NCBI GenBank assembly: GCA_963848305.1
Contig: CAWKDC010000001.1
Location: 1,512,622 to 1,576,621, forward strand
From: an uncultured Gammaproteobacteria bacterium
Lineage (GTDB): Bacteria; Pseudomonadota; Gammaproteobacteria; JABCZS01
Direction of reading: 5' to 3'
DNA length: 64,000 nucleotides
In this document: in pieces, positions 31,280 to 42,200 of the stretch
How positions within the stretch are numbered: the stretch's first letter is position 1
How the letters are laid out: each line of letters starts with the position of its first letter
Position numbers and translations under genes: made by a program
The notes under the pieces: model-generated
Told to the model about the DNA's origin: nothing
The model's input: only the letters and a program-made list of their open reading frames with translations
The model's database searches: none

Positions 31280-32068
31280 GTGCAATACCTCATCATGGGC
31301 GTCCTCAACCTCACGCCCGATTCCTTTTTCGAGGGTAGCCGCGCATCCTCACTCGCGCATGCCAAGTCATCGATTGAATCCATGATGGCTGACGGCGCAG
31401 ACATCATTGATATCGGCGCTGAATCGACCCGCCCTGGGGCAACCCCTGTGTCGGTTGAAGCTGAGTGTGAACGTCTTTTCCCCATACTCGAATGGCTTCA
31501 ACATCAATCTATTCCCTTTTCTATCGATACCCGCAAAACAGACGTTATGTCAGCCGTGCTACCTTTCAAGCCGGCCATGATCAACGATGTCAATGCTTTT
31601 CAAGCGCCCGGCGCGCTAGAAGTCATAGCGGATCATCCTGTTGAAGTGTGTTTGATGCATGCGAAGGGAGAGCCGAAAACCATGCAGGATAATCCTGAGT
31701 ATACTGATGTGGTCGCAGAAGTGTATGCTTTTTTTCAAGACAGAATCACGGCTTGCGAAGCCGCGGGCATTGATAAAAGCCGCATTTGGTTGGACCCAGG
31801 GTTCGGTTTTGGAAAAACACTCACTCACAACTTAAAAATGTTACAATCGCTTCAAGCTTTTACGGGCTTAGGGTGTCGGCTGATGGTCGGTATGTCCCGC
31901 AAAGGCATGATTGGAGCTATCCTCAATAAGCCGGTTGATGAACGTCTTTATGGCAGTCTCACGGCACATACAGTGGCATTGCTGCACGGGGCGAGCATGG
32001 TTCGCACCCATGATGTAGCAGCCACGAAGGATGCGGTTAACATTTTACAGGCAATATATGGCACATAA
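31280..32068 (+). CDS. folP: Dihydropteroate synthase
   Basis: [38 protein letters not shown]; start approximate. Confidence 0.96.
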   Translation: MQYLIMGVLNLTPDSFFEGSRASSLAHAKSSIESMMADGADIIDIGAESTRPGATPVSVEAECERLFPILEWLQHQSIPFSIDTRKTDVMSAVLPFKPAMINDVNAFQAPGALEVIADHPVEVCLMHAKGEPKTMQDNPEYTDVVAEVYAFFQDRITACEAAGIDKSRIWLDPGFGFGKTLTHNLKMLQSLQAFTGLGCRLMVGMSRKGMIGAILNKPVDERLYGSLTAHTVALLHGASMVRTHDVAATKDAVNILQAIYGT

Positions 32069-33420
32069 AACGCATTTTGGAACGGACGGTATCCGTGGCA
32101 CGGTAGGCGAAGCGCCTATCACAGTTGATTTTGTGTTAAAGCTCGGCTGGGCAGTGGGGTCTGTGTTGGCCAAGCAGAGGTCCCGCGAAAGTGGTGATTG
32201 GGAAAGACACACGTATTTCTGGGTATATGTTGGAATCGGCTCTCGAAGCGGGTTTATCCGCCGCGGGGGTGGATGTCTGTTTGCTCGGCCCCATCCCAAC
32301 ACCTGCGATCGCGTATTTAACCCGCAAGTTGTCTGCACAAGCCGGTATTGTGGTCAGCGCATCACACAATCCCTATCCTGACAATGGCATCAAATTATTT
32401 TCCGCTGCTGGTGAAAAGATAGGCGATCAGATTGAACAAGACATTGATCGCCAATTGGCCTTGCCCATTCTCACATTAAGTGCGAAATCTTTGGGCAAAG
32501 CTTATCGCATCCAAGATGCACAAACGCAATATATCGATTTTTGTTTATCATTATTTAAAAACTTATCGCTGAAAGGCCTGAAGATTGTGGTGGATTGTGC
32601 GCATGGCGCCACTTACCACATTGCGCCAGAATTGTTCACGCGATTGGGCGCAGAAGTCGTGGCCATCGGTATTGCACCGAATGGGCGCAATATCAACGAA
32701 TCATGCGGCTCAACACATCCGGCTTTGCTGCAGCAAACGGTCCTCGCTGAAAAGGCTGATTTAGGCATGGCTTTCGATGGTGATGGTGATCGTGTGATTT
32801 TTGTCGATCAACATGGTGTCGTTGTTGATGGTGATCAACTTGTGTATATGTTGGCAAAGCATGCCCATCAGCAGGGTTTGTTGAAGGGCGGCGTGGTCGG
32901 TACGCAAATGAGCAATTTGGGTTTAGAGTTGGCGTTAAAAGCGTTAGACATTCCATTTGTGCGCACCTGCGTCGGTGATAAATACGTTCACGCGAAACTC
33001 GAGGAATTAGGTTGGATGTTGGGCGGGGAGTCTTCTGGTCACATCATCCAGATGCATTGTCTTTCCACGGGTGATGGTATTTTGGCAGGGCTGGGCGTGC
33101 TGCAAGCGTTGTCCATGCAGCAAATCACTTTGCATGAAGCGGTGAAAGACGTGGCATTATTCCCACAAGTGATGATCAATGTGCGCGTGTTATGTTCGCA
33201 AGATCCCATCTTGAATCCTGTCATTGCGCAAGCAGTGAATGACGTGGAAGCGCAGTTATCTGGTCGTGGCCGTGTTTTGTTGCGCCGATCAGGCACAGAG
33301 CCGGTGGTGCGCGTGATGGTTGAAGGCGAAGATGCAGCGCTGGTACAAGCCTTGGCGAATCACCTCGGGGAAATCGTTGAAACAGCATTGGTCAGTCATC
33401 AGCAGTTTAGTGCTTTTTAA
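32058..33420 (+). CDS. glmM: Phosphoglucosamine mutase (apparent frameshift near 32178)
   Basis: FGTDGIRG in the frame from ATG 32058; [15 protein letters not shown] and DGDGDR in the adjacent frame. Confidence 0.95.
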
Positions 33421-33431
33421 TGGGGGCCGAT

Positions 33432-34175
33432 ATGCGTTCTTACATGGTGGTTGCTAACTGGAAAATGAATGGCAATGAATCCTTACTCATCGCTGTGCGC
33501 GAAGCGTTGGCGGCTGTTCAGTCTGAAGCAACGGTACTCATCATTCCCCCATTTGTCTATCTGCCCGCGGCAGGCCAGCATTTGCGAGAGGCGGGGATTC
33601 AGATCGGCGCCCAAAATGTTAGTCAGTATGAAGAAGGCGCCTACACAGGCGAAATCTCCACGACAATGCTGCGCGACATGGGTTGTCATCATGTGTTGGT
33701 GGGTCATTCCGAGCGCCGCGCTTTATATGGCGAAACGAACGACATTGTCGCAGCGAAATTCATGGCGGTGCACCAAGCGAATATGGTGCCTATTCTCTGC
33801 GTGGGGGAAACCCTGGCTGAGCGCGAGGCGGGTCATACGCAACAAGTGATTGAAGCGTCTTTAGAGGCGGTGAGGGCTGCGGCAGGTATTGAGGCATTTG
33901 GCAGGGCAGTGGTTGCCTATGAACCTGTCTGGGCGATAGGGACAGGCTTGGCGGCTACTCCTGAGATGGCCCAAGCCGTGCATGAGCATATCAGAAAATG
34001 GCTGACAAAATATGATGAAGCTCTTGCAAAAAAACTCCAAATTCTGTATGGTGGCAGCGTGAGTCCGTCGAATGCGCAGGCGTTGTTTAGTATGCCTGAT
34101 ATTGATGGCGGATTGGTAGGCGGGGCGTCCCTTAAACCGGATGCATTTGCTGAGATTGTGGCGAAAGCAAGGTAA
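33432..34175 (+). CDS. tpiA: Triosephosphate isomerase
   Basis: ANWKMN, GHSERR, AYEPVWAIGTG, LVGGASL. Confidence 0.98.
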   Translation: MRSYMVVANWKMNGNESLLIAVREALAAVQSEATVLIIPPFVYLPAAGQHLREAGIQIGAQNVSQYEEGAYTGEISTTMLRDMGCHHVLVGHSERRALYGETNDIVAAKFMAVHQANMVPILCVGETLAEREAGHTQQVIEASLEAVRAAAGIEAFGRAVVAYEPVWAIGTGLAATPEMAQAVHEHIRKWLTKYDEALAKKLQILYGGSVSPSNAQALFSMPDIDGGLVGGASLKPDAFAEIVAKAR

Positions 34176-34182
34176 AATAACC

Positions 34183-34500
34183 ATGTATCAAGTGATTTTG
34201 ATCATCCATGTGGCGATATCAGCGGCTCTGGTGATGTTTATCCTATTGCAGCAAGGCAAAGGCGGCGGCATGGGCGGATTAGGGGGCGGTGGCGCTTCCA
34301 CAACGTTATTTGGCAGTGGCGGGCCCGCAGACTTCATGAGCCACACAACCGCGATCCTAGCAACCGGTTTCTTTATCACCAGTTTGACCCTGAGCCTATT
34401 GGCTGTGAATCAAATCAAGGCCCAACGCGCACTCGACATGCCCGTCGTGCCCGAACAAGTTTCTGTAAATAGCGAAGTTCCAGTTGATACTGGATTGTAG
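34183..34500 (+). CDS. secG: Preprotein translocase subunit SecG
   Basis: ILLQQGKG...GASTTLFGS.G...T.ILA..FF; tpiA-secG-tRNA-Leu synteny. Confidence 0.95.
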   Translation: MYQVILIIHVAISAALVMFILLQQGKGGGMGGLGGGGASTTLFGSGGPADFMSHTTAILATGFFITSLTLSLLAVNQIKAQRALDMPVVPEQVSVNSEVPVDTGL

Positions 34501-34518
34501 GAGCGCATACTTGCGCCC
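34497..34518 (+). repeat. GTAG REP overlapping the secG stop
   Basis: GTAGGAGCGCATACTTGCGCCC. Confidence 0.75.
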
Positions 34519-34528
34519 TTCCTTATCC

Positions 34529-34613
34529 GCCGATGTGGTGAAATTGGCAGACACGCCATCTTGAGGGGGTGGTAGCGCAAGCTGTGCCGGTTCGAGTCCG
34601 GCCATCGGCACCA
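34529..34613 (+). tRNA. tRNA-Leu (GAG)
   Basis: GCCGATG/CATCGGC acceptor stem, anticodon arm CCATC-TTGAGGG-GGTGG, long variable arm, GTTCGA T-loop, encoded CCA. Confidence 0.97.
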
Positions 34614-34636
34614 TTTTTTGTATGTGGGGTAGTCAT

Positions 34637-35965
34637 ATGTCTTTATTCAAAAAAATCATGATCGCTTTTCTCCTGTGTTCACTTCATGGCTTGGTCTACG
34701 CACAAGCGAACATCCCGATCGCATCTTGCAATGATTTGAAATCCATCAGCGCTAATATGAGCGGTTATTACTACCTCACACAGGATGTTTACTGTGGCAC
34801 GGTTCACCCGATTGATGGCACTTTCACGGGCACATTGGATGGGCAAGGGTTTACCATTTTCAATCTGAATATTGTGAATCAAGATGGTCGTAAAAGCGAA
34901 AACACCGGGATTTTTAGAACAATAGGGCAAAATGCACAAGTCACCAATATCCGCTTTTTCAATACCGTGTTGACTGCGCACCGAGATACGAATCGTGGGG
35001 TCATTGCGGGTGTGGCAACGGGAAATGTTAACGTCACGGACGTGGTTTTCGAGAAACTTCAAATATTGCACCACGATGTGGCTCCGGATAAGAAGAAGGA
35101 TTTAGGCGGGACAGGCAGCGTGGTGGGTCTTGCCACAGAAGGTACGATTGTGCTCAGACGCGTCATGGTGACAGGCCCAGCAGATGGCGTTTTGATCTCT
35201 CAAAACGCATTTGCAGGCGGGTTAGTGGGTATTGCTGAGGGCAATATTATCATTGAGCAGTCAAGTGTTTGGGCGTTGCAAGCAAAGGGAGGCAAAGAAT
35301 GTTACAACCCTGCGAATGAATGTGGGTATGGTGGTTTGGTCGGCTTAATCGGTAAATTCCAGCCCCACAATTATGATCATCCTGACAACCATGTACCCGC
35401 TCTTGAGAATGGCAACAGTGCGATCATTTCCCAATCTTCAGCATCAGGCGCTATTTTTTCAGACAAAAACATAGGTGGATTCGTTGGCATGATCAAAGCA
35501 GATCGAGGTGTTTTAATTGAAAACAGCTACTCTGATATTGCTATTTTATGCAGAAGATATTATCCAATTGGAAATGAATGTGAGGTTCCCAGTAAGTTTG
35601 CCGGTGGTGTGGTGGGGAAAGCTGTGGAAAGTGGTCATCAAAAAATGATCGCCCTGGGAAATGTGTATGTCATTGGGAGGAATGACAATGACATTAAGAA
35701 TGAACCCTACAGAGAATGGGACACGCATTCTGCTGCGATAGTAGGGATAGATGAGTCCGCTTCAACACGAATTATCAATTTGCCCAATACGCAAAGTTAC
35801 TACGATAGGGATAGCACAAAAATGTCAATATCAGGTGACATGGTATCGAGAGGGTTGACATCTAATCAAATGCAATCAGGCTATACTGCCGATTTTTCGA
35901 CCTGGGATCCTTCCGTTTGGACTTTTATCTATGGTTATTATCCTATTTTGAATGAAACACGGTAG
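34637..35965 (+). CDS. Secreted GLUG-motif repeat protein
   Basis: Signal peptide; YYLTQD...FTGTLDGQGFTIFNLNI cap; repeated (A/Y/I)GG(L/F/V)VG motifs; C-terminal W...YP.L. Confidence 0.78.
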   Translation: MSLFKKIMIAFLLCSLHGLVYAQANIPIASCNDLKSISANMSGYYYLTQDVYCGTVHPIDGTFTGTLDGQGFTIFNLNIVNQDGRKSENTGIFRTIGQNAQVTNIRFFNTVLTAHRDTNRGVIAGVATGNVNVTDVVFEKLQILHHDVAPDKKKDLGGTGSVVGLATEGTIVLRRVMVTGPADGVLISQNAFAGGLVGIAEGNIIIEQSSVWALQAKGGKECYNPANECGYGGLVGLIGKFQPHNYDHPDNHVPALENGNSAIISQSSASGAIFSDKNIGGFVGMIKADRGVLIENSYSDIAILCRRYYPIGNECEVPSKFAGGVVGKAVESGHQKMIALGNVYVIGRNDNDIKNEPYREWDTHSAAIVGIDESASTRIINLPNTQSYYDRDSTKMSISGDMVSRGLTSNQMQSGYTADFSTWDPSVWTFIYGYYPILNETR

Positions 35966-36052
35966 AAGTAAATAGATGGGAGGTGCGTAAGCTGTGCTGG
36001 TTTGACTTCAGCCTTCTGCACCACATAGTTAAATGGACAGGGTCATTATATC

Positions 36053-36463
36053 ATGGTGAATGTTTCATGGATTCAGAGAACATTGGGTGCTGAATCTTGC
36101 TACAACATGGGTCAGCGATATGAAACAGGAGCTATTGTTTCGCGTGATATGGCAACTGCTCTAGAATGGTATAGAGCGTCAGCGGCACTGGGCCATGTGG
36201 ATGCACAATTATGGCTTGCTGATCATTATAGAAAACAGAAAAACGTCGCTGAAGCAAGACAATATTATCGAAAAGCGATAGTAAAAAAACCGAAATTAGC
36301 ACACTATGGTCTTGCTTTATTGCTCGAAGATGAAGAAAAATATTCTGCTGCTTTAGAGGCTTTTGAACTCGCTGCATCGCTTGGATGTCATTTGTCTGAA
36401 AAAAAACTAATAGACTTTTCTCGTACAGGTGATCACAGGCCAAGCATTACTGATTTTGGGTGA
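36053..36463 (+). CDS. Sel1-repeat protein, N-terminal part
   Basis: MGQRYETG..V.RD...ALEWYRASAALGHVDAQLWLA; probably one gene with the next ORF. Confidence 0.8.
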   Translation: MVNVSWIQRTLGAESCYNMGQRYETGAIVSRDMATALEWYRASAALGHVDAQLWLADHYRKQKNVAEARQYYRKAIVKKPKLAHYGLALLLEDEEKYSAALEAFELAASLGCHLSEKKLIDFSRTGDHRPSITDFG

Positions 36464-39296
36464 GCTCGAAGAACATAAAGAGAACTGGGTCAAGGCAGAA
36501 CAACATTACACAGAAGCAGCAAATTTAATGTCTGCCAAAACGGTACCGCTAGCAAGTATTGAAGCATTAAAACGATTAGGTGATTTCTATATTAAGGGTC
36601 GTGCCACTATCCTCCAAAACAAATCCGTGGCAATCAAATACTATCAACAAGCAGCGATGTTAGGATCGACAGAAGCGTTAAATGCATTATTGGTGCTGGC
36701 AGAGACGGATGGAGAGGCAAACTATGCATTGGCAGAATGTTATTGTGAAGGGTTGTCTGCCGCTAGTGAAAATCTAAAAAAGGAGAAACTTGAAAAAATA
36801 CTTGAATACTTAAAGAAGTCTAATGCACAGAGATTTCTGCCAGCCAAAATGAAATTGGCTGAGATTACGAAAGATTATCTAAAGGACGAAGCACAAGCCT
36901 GTCACTATTATATTGAAGCTGCAGAACAAGGTGATAAGCAAGCACTAAGTCTATTGCCAGTGCTTCTTGATAAAATAACAAACATGGATTTATACCTTCG
37001 GTTTGGCCGTTTGAAGGAAAAACTGAAGGATGTTCAGGGCGCCATGGTTTATTATCATAAAGTCCATAAAATCTACGGCGGAAATCATGGTCAGCAGCAA
37101 TTGGCGCGGCTAGCCAATCAAGATGCGAAATATGCATTTGATATTGGAAAACTATTTGTACTGGACGACCCGATCAATGCGCTGAATTATTATATGATAT
37201 CTGCGCGTGCTAAAAATGCGGAAGCGTTAGCTGCCGCTGAATCTCTGTCGGAAAAGGGTTCTGCAGAGATCCAATATAAATTAGCAATGGAATATTTTTT
37301 GCCTGCTAAAAACATGCGAAAAGGCGTGAATTTTTTGTTGCATGCTTGGAATAAAGGGTATCAATTAGCGTTAACTGCGCTTAAATCAACAACATTTGAT
37401 GTCGCGATGTATCAGTATCTTGCCGAGCAATTTGAAAAAGGGGGTATTGTTAAGCAGGATGAATCATTGGCATTGTATTTTTATATTAAATGCGCCGAGT
37501 TACAACCTATACCAGGTGGATTTAAAGTCGGTGAGTATTATCTGAACGGACGTGGTACAGCTGTGAATGTATCACTTGGCTGCGAATATTATTTGAGCGC
37601 TGCAAAATTAAATTATCAGCCAGCCATTAATGGATTACAGCAAATGGCTGCAGAACAAAACCCAGAAGCACTCTATGCCTACGGGAAGTATCTATTTCAG
37701 CATTTGAAAAAGGACGATGGATTACTTTATTATGCCGCAGCTGCGCAGTGTCATCATACGCAAGCAAAAGAGTTTATTGGGAATAATGCTCTGTTCACGC
37801 AGGATCAACATATAATACTTGCAACAGCGTTTGATAAAGGGGCTGATAATCCCAAAGTGGCAGCAAATGCTGGGGCAGCGAAAAGATATTACCGAGCCGC
37901 CAGTCACAAAGGCTCCGCGATGGCAAGTTTTCGCCTCGGTGAATATGCTGAAAACGCAACAGAATCATCTGAAGATCCCGTCGATCACTTTGTCACAGCA
38001 TTACATCAAAAGCATCCGAAAGCAATAAGCCGATTAGAAATATATGGAAAGGCGAAAAATCAGAAGGCCTGTTTTGCGCTTTCAAAGGCATATGGGCAAA
38101 ACAATCGCATTGGTATTCAATGGTTAATTTGCGCGGCAGATTTAGGGCACAGTGATGCCTTAAATCAATTGAAAAGCATAAAAATTGATCACACAAGTGC
38201 TTTTATCGTTGCTGCGGCACTTGATACAGGCAAGACCCCCTTCTTTGATATCACACAAAATCTGTCGCTCGCATTTTGTTATTATAAAAGTGTGGTGGAG
38301 AATGATCCAAACTATCTAGATGCACTCTACCGAATAGTTCAATTTTATGAGCAAGGCCTAGGTGGTGTTGCTGTTGATCAAGTGTGTACAGCGAAAACGT
38401 ACGTGTCAATCGCGCTGAAATCATCAGGTGAGCAAGCCACAGCAGCCTTAGAAAAGGCATCAAAGATCATTGAGGGGATAAGCAATTGGGAATTGTGCTA
38501 TCAATTAGGTATTGCATACGAACATCATCAACAGACGAGCAAGGCCATACATGCATGTAAAAAAGCTGCTGATAATGGACATGCACTTGCCTTAAGTCGC
38601 CTCAACCGAATGGCGCAGCAAGATACCGAGTCAGCATATACCATCGGACTGTTGTATGAACAACAAGATATCAATCGCGCACTTGAATTTTATCAACCAG
38701 CATTGATGAGTAATCACGAGGCAACCGTTGAGAAAGTGAAAAAACTCGCGATTCATTTGCCTCAGGCCATGTACGTCATTGCACGTGATTATTATGTGCA
38801 GCATAAACAGATGCAAGCTGCAATTGAATCATTGATGCGAGCTATTGCACATCAACAACCTGACGCGCTGCTCTTTCTAAAAGGATTGAACTTAACAGCA
38901 ACACAATGCAATGCAATTGCCGCTACATATGAAAAAGGGGAAGGAATTCATGTGCAAAATTTTGCGTATGCCATAGCCTTTCGAGTGAAAGCGTTAAATA
39001 AGAGAAATCCAAATGAATTAATGCATCTCGCTGCTTTGTGTGAAAATAATCAGGAATCACCAAAAGAAAATAGGGCGCTTGCTTGGGAGTATTATTACAA
39101 GGCTGCAGAGTTAGGCTCAAATGATGCTTTTCTTGCATTGGAACGACTAGCGCGAACAGAATCAGAAGATAAAATACAAGCTTTAAATCAGCTGAAAGAT
39201 AAAAAAAATCGTACTCCTACTGTGACTTTCAGCTGGAATTCGACATTGCCGAAACGAGCCGCTTTGCCTGCTTCATATACTTCTAAAAGGAATTAG
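36429..39296 (+). CDS. Large Sel1/TPR-repeat protein
   Basis: Many Sel1 units (YYQQAAMLGSTEA, YIEAAEQGDKQA, CKKAADNGHALA, YYKAAELGSNDA). Confidence 0.88.
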   Translation: MITGQALLILGELEEHKENWVKAEQHYTEAANLMSAKTVPLASIEALKRLGDFYIKGRATILQNKSVAIKYYQQAAMLGSTEALNALLVLAETDGEANYALAECYCEGLSAASENLKKEKLEKILEYLKKSNAQRFLPAKMKLAEITKDYLKDEAQACHYYIEAAEQGDKQALSLLPVLLDKITNMDLYLRFGRLKEKLKDVQGAMVYYHKVHKIYGGNHGQQQLARLANQDAKYAFDIGKLFVLDDPINALNYYMISARAKNAEALAAAESLSEKGSAEIQYKLAMEYFLPAKNMRKGVNFLLHAWNKGYQLALTALKSTTFDVAMYQYLAEQFEKGGIVKQDESLALYFYIKCAELQPIPGGFKVGEYYLNGRGTAVNVSLGCEYYLSAAKLNYQPAINGLQQMAAEQNPEALYAYGKYLFQHLKKDDGLLYYAAAAQCHHTQAKEFIGNNALFTQDQHIILATAFDKGADNPKVAANAGAAKRYYRAASHKGSAMASFRLGEYAENATESSEDPVDHFVTALHQKHPKAISRLEIYGKAKNQKACFALSKAYGQNNRIGIQWLICAADLGHSDALNQLKSIKIDHTSAFIVAAALDTGKTPFFDITQNLSLAFCYYKSVVENDPNYLDALYRIVQFYEQGLGGVAVDQVCTAKTYVSIALKSSGEQATAALEKASKIIEGISNWELCYQLGIAYEHHQQTSKAIHACKKAADNGHALALSRLNRMAQQDTESAYTIGLLYEQQDINRALEFYQPALMSNHEATVEKVKKLAIHLPQAMYVIARDYYVQHKQMQAAIESLMRAIAHQQPDALLFLKGLNLTATQCNAIAATYEKGEGIHVQNFAYAIAFRVKALNKRNPNELMHLAALCENNQESPKENRALAWEYYYKAAELGSNDAFLALERLARTESEDKIQALNQLKDKKNRTPTVTFSWNSTLPKRAALPASYTSKRN

Positions 39297-39299
39297 GAA

Positions 39300-42200
39300 A
39301 TGAGAAATCATACAGATCTGTATTCAGTATTGAATGTTCCAAGCACTGCCACATTTGACGAGATAAAAAAGGCTTATCGTAAGCTCGCCATGAAACAGCA
39401 TACAGACAAAGGTGGCACTGATGATGCAATGGCAACGTTAAATAATGCATACGAAGTTTTAAGTGATGCTGCCCGCAAGAGCGCCTATGATGCGATGCAA
39501 GCGAGTGGTGCTGATGCCATTGATCGGATGTTTGAAGCGAAAGGCAAATGGGTGAAATTAGGCAGCACAGGTGAACGCTTTTCGGAAAGGTATAGGAAAC
39601 GTTTCATCGAGTTGAAGGCATCATACCAGAATGCGATACCAGTAGCGTTCGATATGAAAAATGTTGTTCCAGTGCATCAGAGCCAATTGTTTGATATCAG
39701 CACGCGAGAAGGAGTAATCAAAGAAGGTGGATTGCTTGAATTTCTCAAGAAACATGCGTTGTCCCACAAAGACGCGATGCTCCCTTCCGGCGTATGGCGT
39801 ACGCCTTTAACGCCACAGCATGCGATAGGAGTGCTGATTGATTTTGTCGAAGGTGATTATCGTGGGCTTCAACTGAAACAACTGTATGATTATATGATGG
39901 CGGAAGCGGAGAACGTTGATCAGAGAGAGAGGCAGCTATATCTCGCGTTAGCGAACATATTTATATTTGCCTACCGAGAATCATTGCCGAGCGAACTAGA
40001 GAAGTCAACGGCTCCATCAATGACGATGTCTGGACACAAGTCTTTGTGTGCTGTGACAAATTATATTAAAAAGACATCCAGCTTCAGTATGTCTTACTGT
40101 GCCTCATTGTTACAAAATGAATATTTTCGTGATTTTTATCAGTGGATACTCGTGAATGCTGTTTGGAGACAACCTGATCCAAAATTAATTCAAAACACAT
40201 TGGCTGAATACAATAATTACGATCATACACGTGAAGAGCTGCAAAAGTTGTTGGACAGGCAAGAATCTTTACCAGAAGATGCAGAAATGCGCAGCGGGTT
40301 TGAGCAATGGGTCACAACGTATAAATATCTCTATCTTTATGAAAAAAATGCCAAGGAACATCGAGAAAAACCAGTATACCTTAAATCAGCAGAGCATCAT
40401 ATCGAATGTGCATATGATATTATGGATTGGTTTCCAGTGTTAGGTGAACGCGTTCCAAGAGAAATTCTCGCAAACCTGTTGCTTCAAGCAGGTGCTCAAA
40501 TGCAAGTATCAGGCCAATTATCCACAAACCATCCGGAGAAAATGGCATGTGAAAAATTGAGCTATGAGTTTTATATGAATGCGCTTATGTTTGCAAATCG
40601 TTCATCCTTAGACGTTGAGTTATATGTCCTCCAACACATTATTTCTAATATCAGTGATTATCGCTTTCAAAATGAATCCGCTAAAAAAGCGCTGCCAGAA
40701 TTAGTAAAACTATATTCACATATATCAAATGTTTTTCCGCTCTATGAAGAACCGCAGGCACATATTCAATTATTTTCGACCAGTGATAATGGTTTGCAAG
40801 GTACGATGCGTCGCCTGCTGTATGTATTGGTTGATGTGGTTCGATTCAATCGATCACATGCGGCAGATGAGGCGAAACCCTTTGATCATAAATATGTTGA
40901 TGTCTTGTATTATGCATACGAAGCATGTTTGCGTAGATGGTATGAGTCCAATGAAGCGACTGAAAAAGATATTCGAACAACTCTTATGGAAGAATTGTTA
41001 GCTGACAGAGGCTGGAAGTTTTCTGATTTGAATAAGCGTTTGCAATCACCTTATATCATGATCGATCGAACACCAGATGGCTGGCTATCTCCGACACGCA
41101 CATTGGCATTGCCAACAAAAGAGAAACAAACAGCATTCGCTTCACTCGATGCCATTGAAATCGATGACAATACAGGCAACTTTCACTTCGTGATGCGCGA
41201 TATTACCGGCTGGCAAGATCCACAACAGCGCGTGGTCAGTTTTTCAGATATACAAGAAATATTCTCGCACAATGTCACAGGGGCACTGCTGAGTCTTGAT
41301 GAAGTCAATGAATACATGCGATTCCATCCATTTAATAAAATCAGAGTATCTCCAACATCCTTGTTCGAGACGGATTTTATCAATACGTTTTTGCTAACCG
41401 ATTATTTCCTAAAATTCATGACGGTGGGTCATGAGGTCAATGGCCAGTATCCCTACAACATGCGACCAGTCAGAGAGATGATCTCGCATTTTCCTACTCA
41501 TTTAAAATTGATTATTGAACAATTTCAAGACGCTCAGAAGGATGAATCTGCTCATCGTTTTTGGATCGAGGCATGTCCGGTGAATGCATTTTTGCCTGTT
41601 CAGGAGCGTGGCAATGACGAGACAACTCGAATCATGGTTCCTGAAATTCATATGATTGTTAAAAAACATCTTTTACGTCGAAGCGCTAGCGGTGCTTTAG
41701 TGGATGATCAAAATGAGCCTGATGAAGGCTGGCACTTGTATCGCTTTGATAAGCTACCAGGGCAGAATAAACTCTGTGAGTTAGCAACAGATAAATCCGT
41801 GATCGTTTTTACAAAAAAACTTACTGAGGTTTATTTTATTCCTAAAGGCGGGCAATCTGAAAAAATGCATTTACCAAATCATATAATGCATCTTTTTGTT
41901 AAATTATCAGCAATGACTATTGATGATAGTGGTGCAATTTCAAGGACTGACGAAAATTCAAGTTATCTATATTATGTTGTCAAAGTATTGTGCGCTGAGT
42001 ATAAAAAACCAACCCTTTTTTCACCAGAATATGTGTTCGCACAGGAGTTTACACTCCACTATGATGAATTTGCAAACTGTTTGCCTGAGTTTGCTCGCCT
42101 TCGCGAGCTGGCTCGTTTGACAGTGTACGTTCAATTATTAAATCGCGTGAAATCATCAAACGAGCTTCAAAAGACAAAGCTGGAATCTATCCTTAATGAT

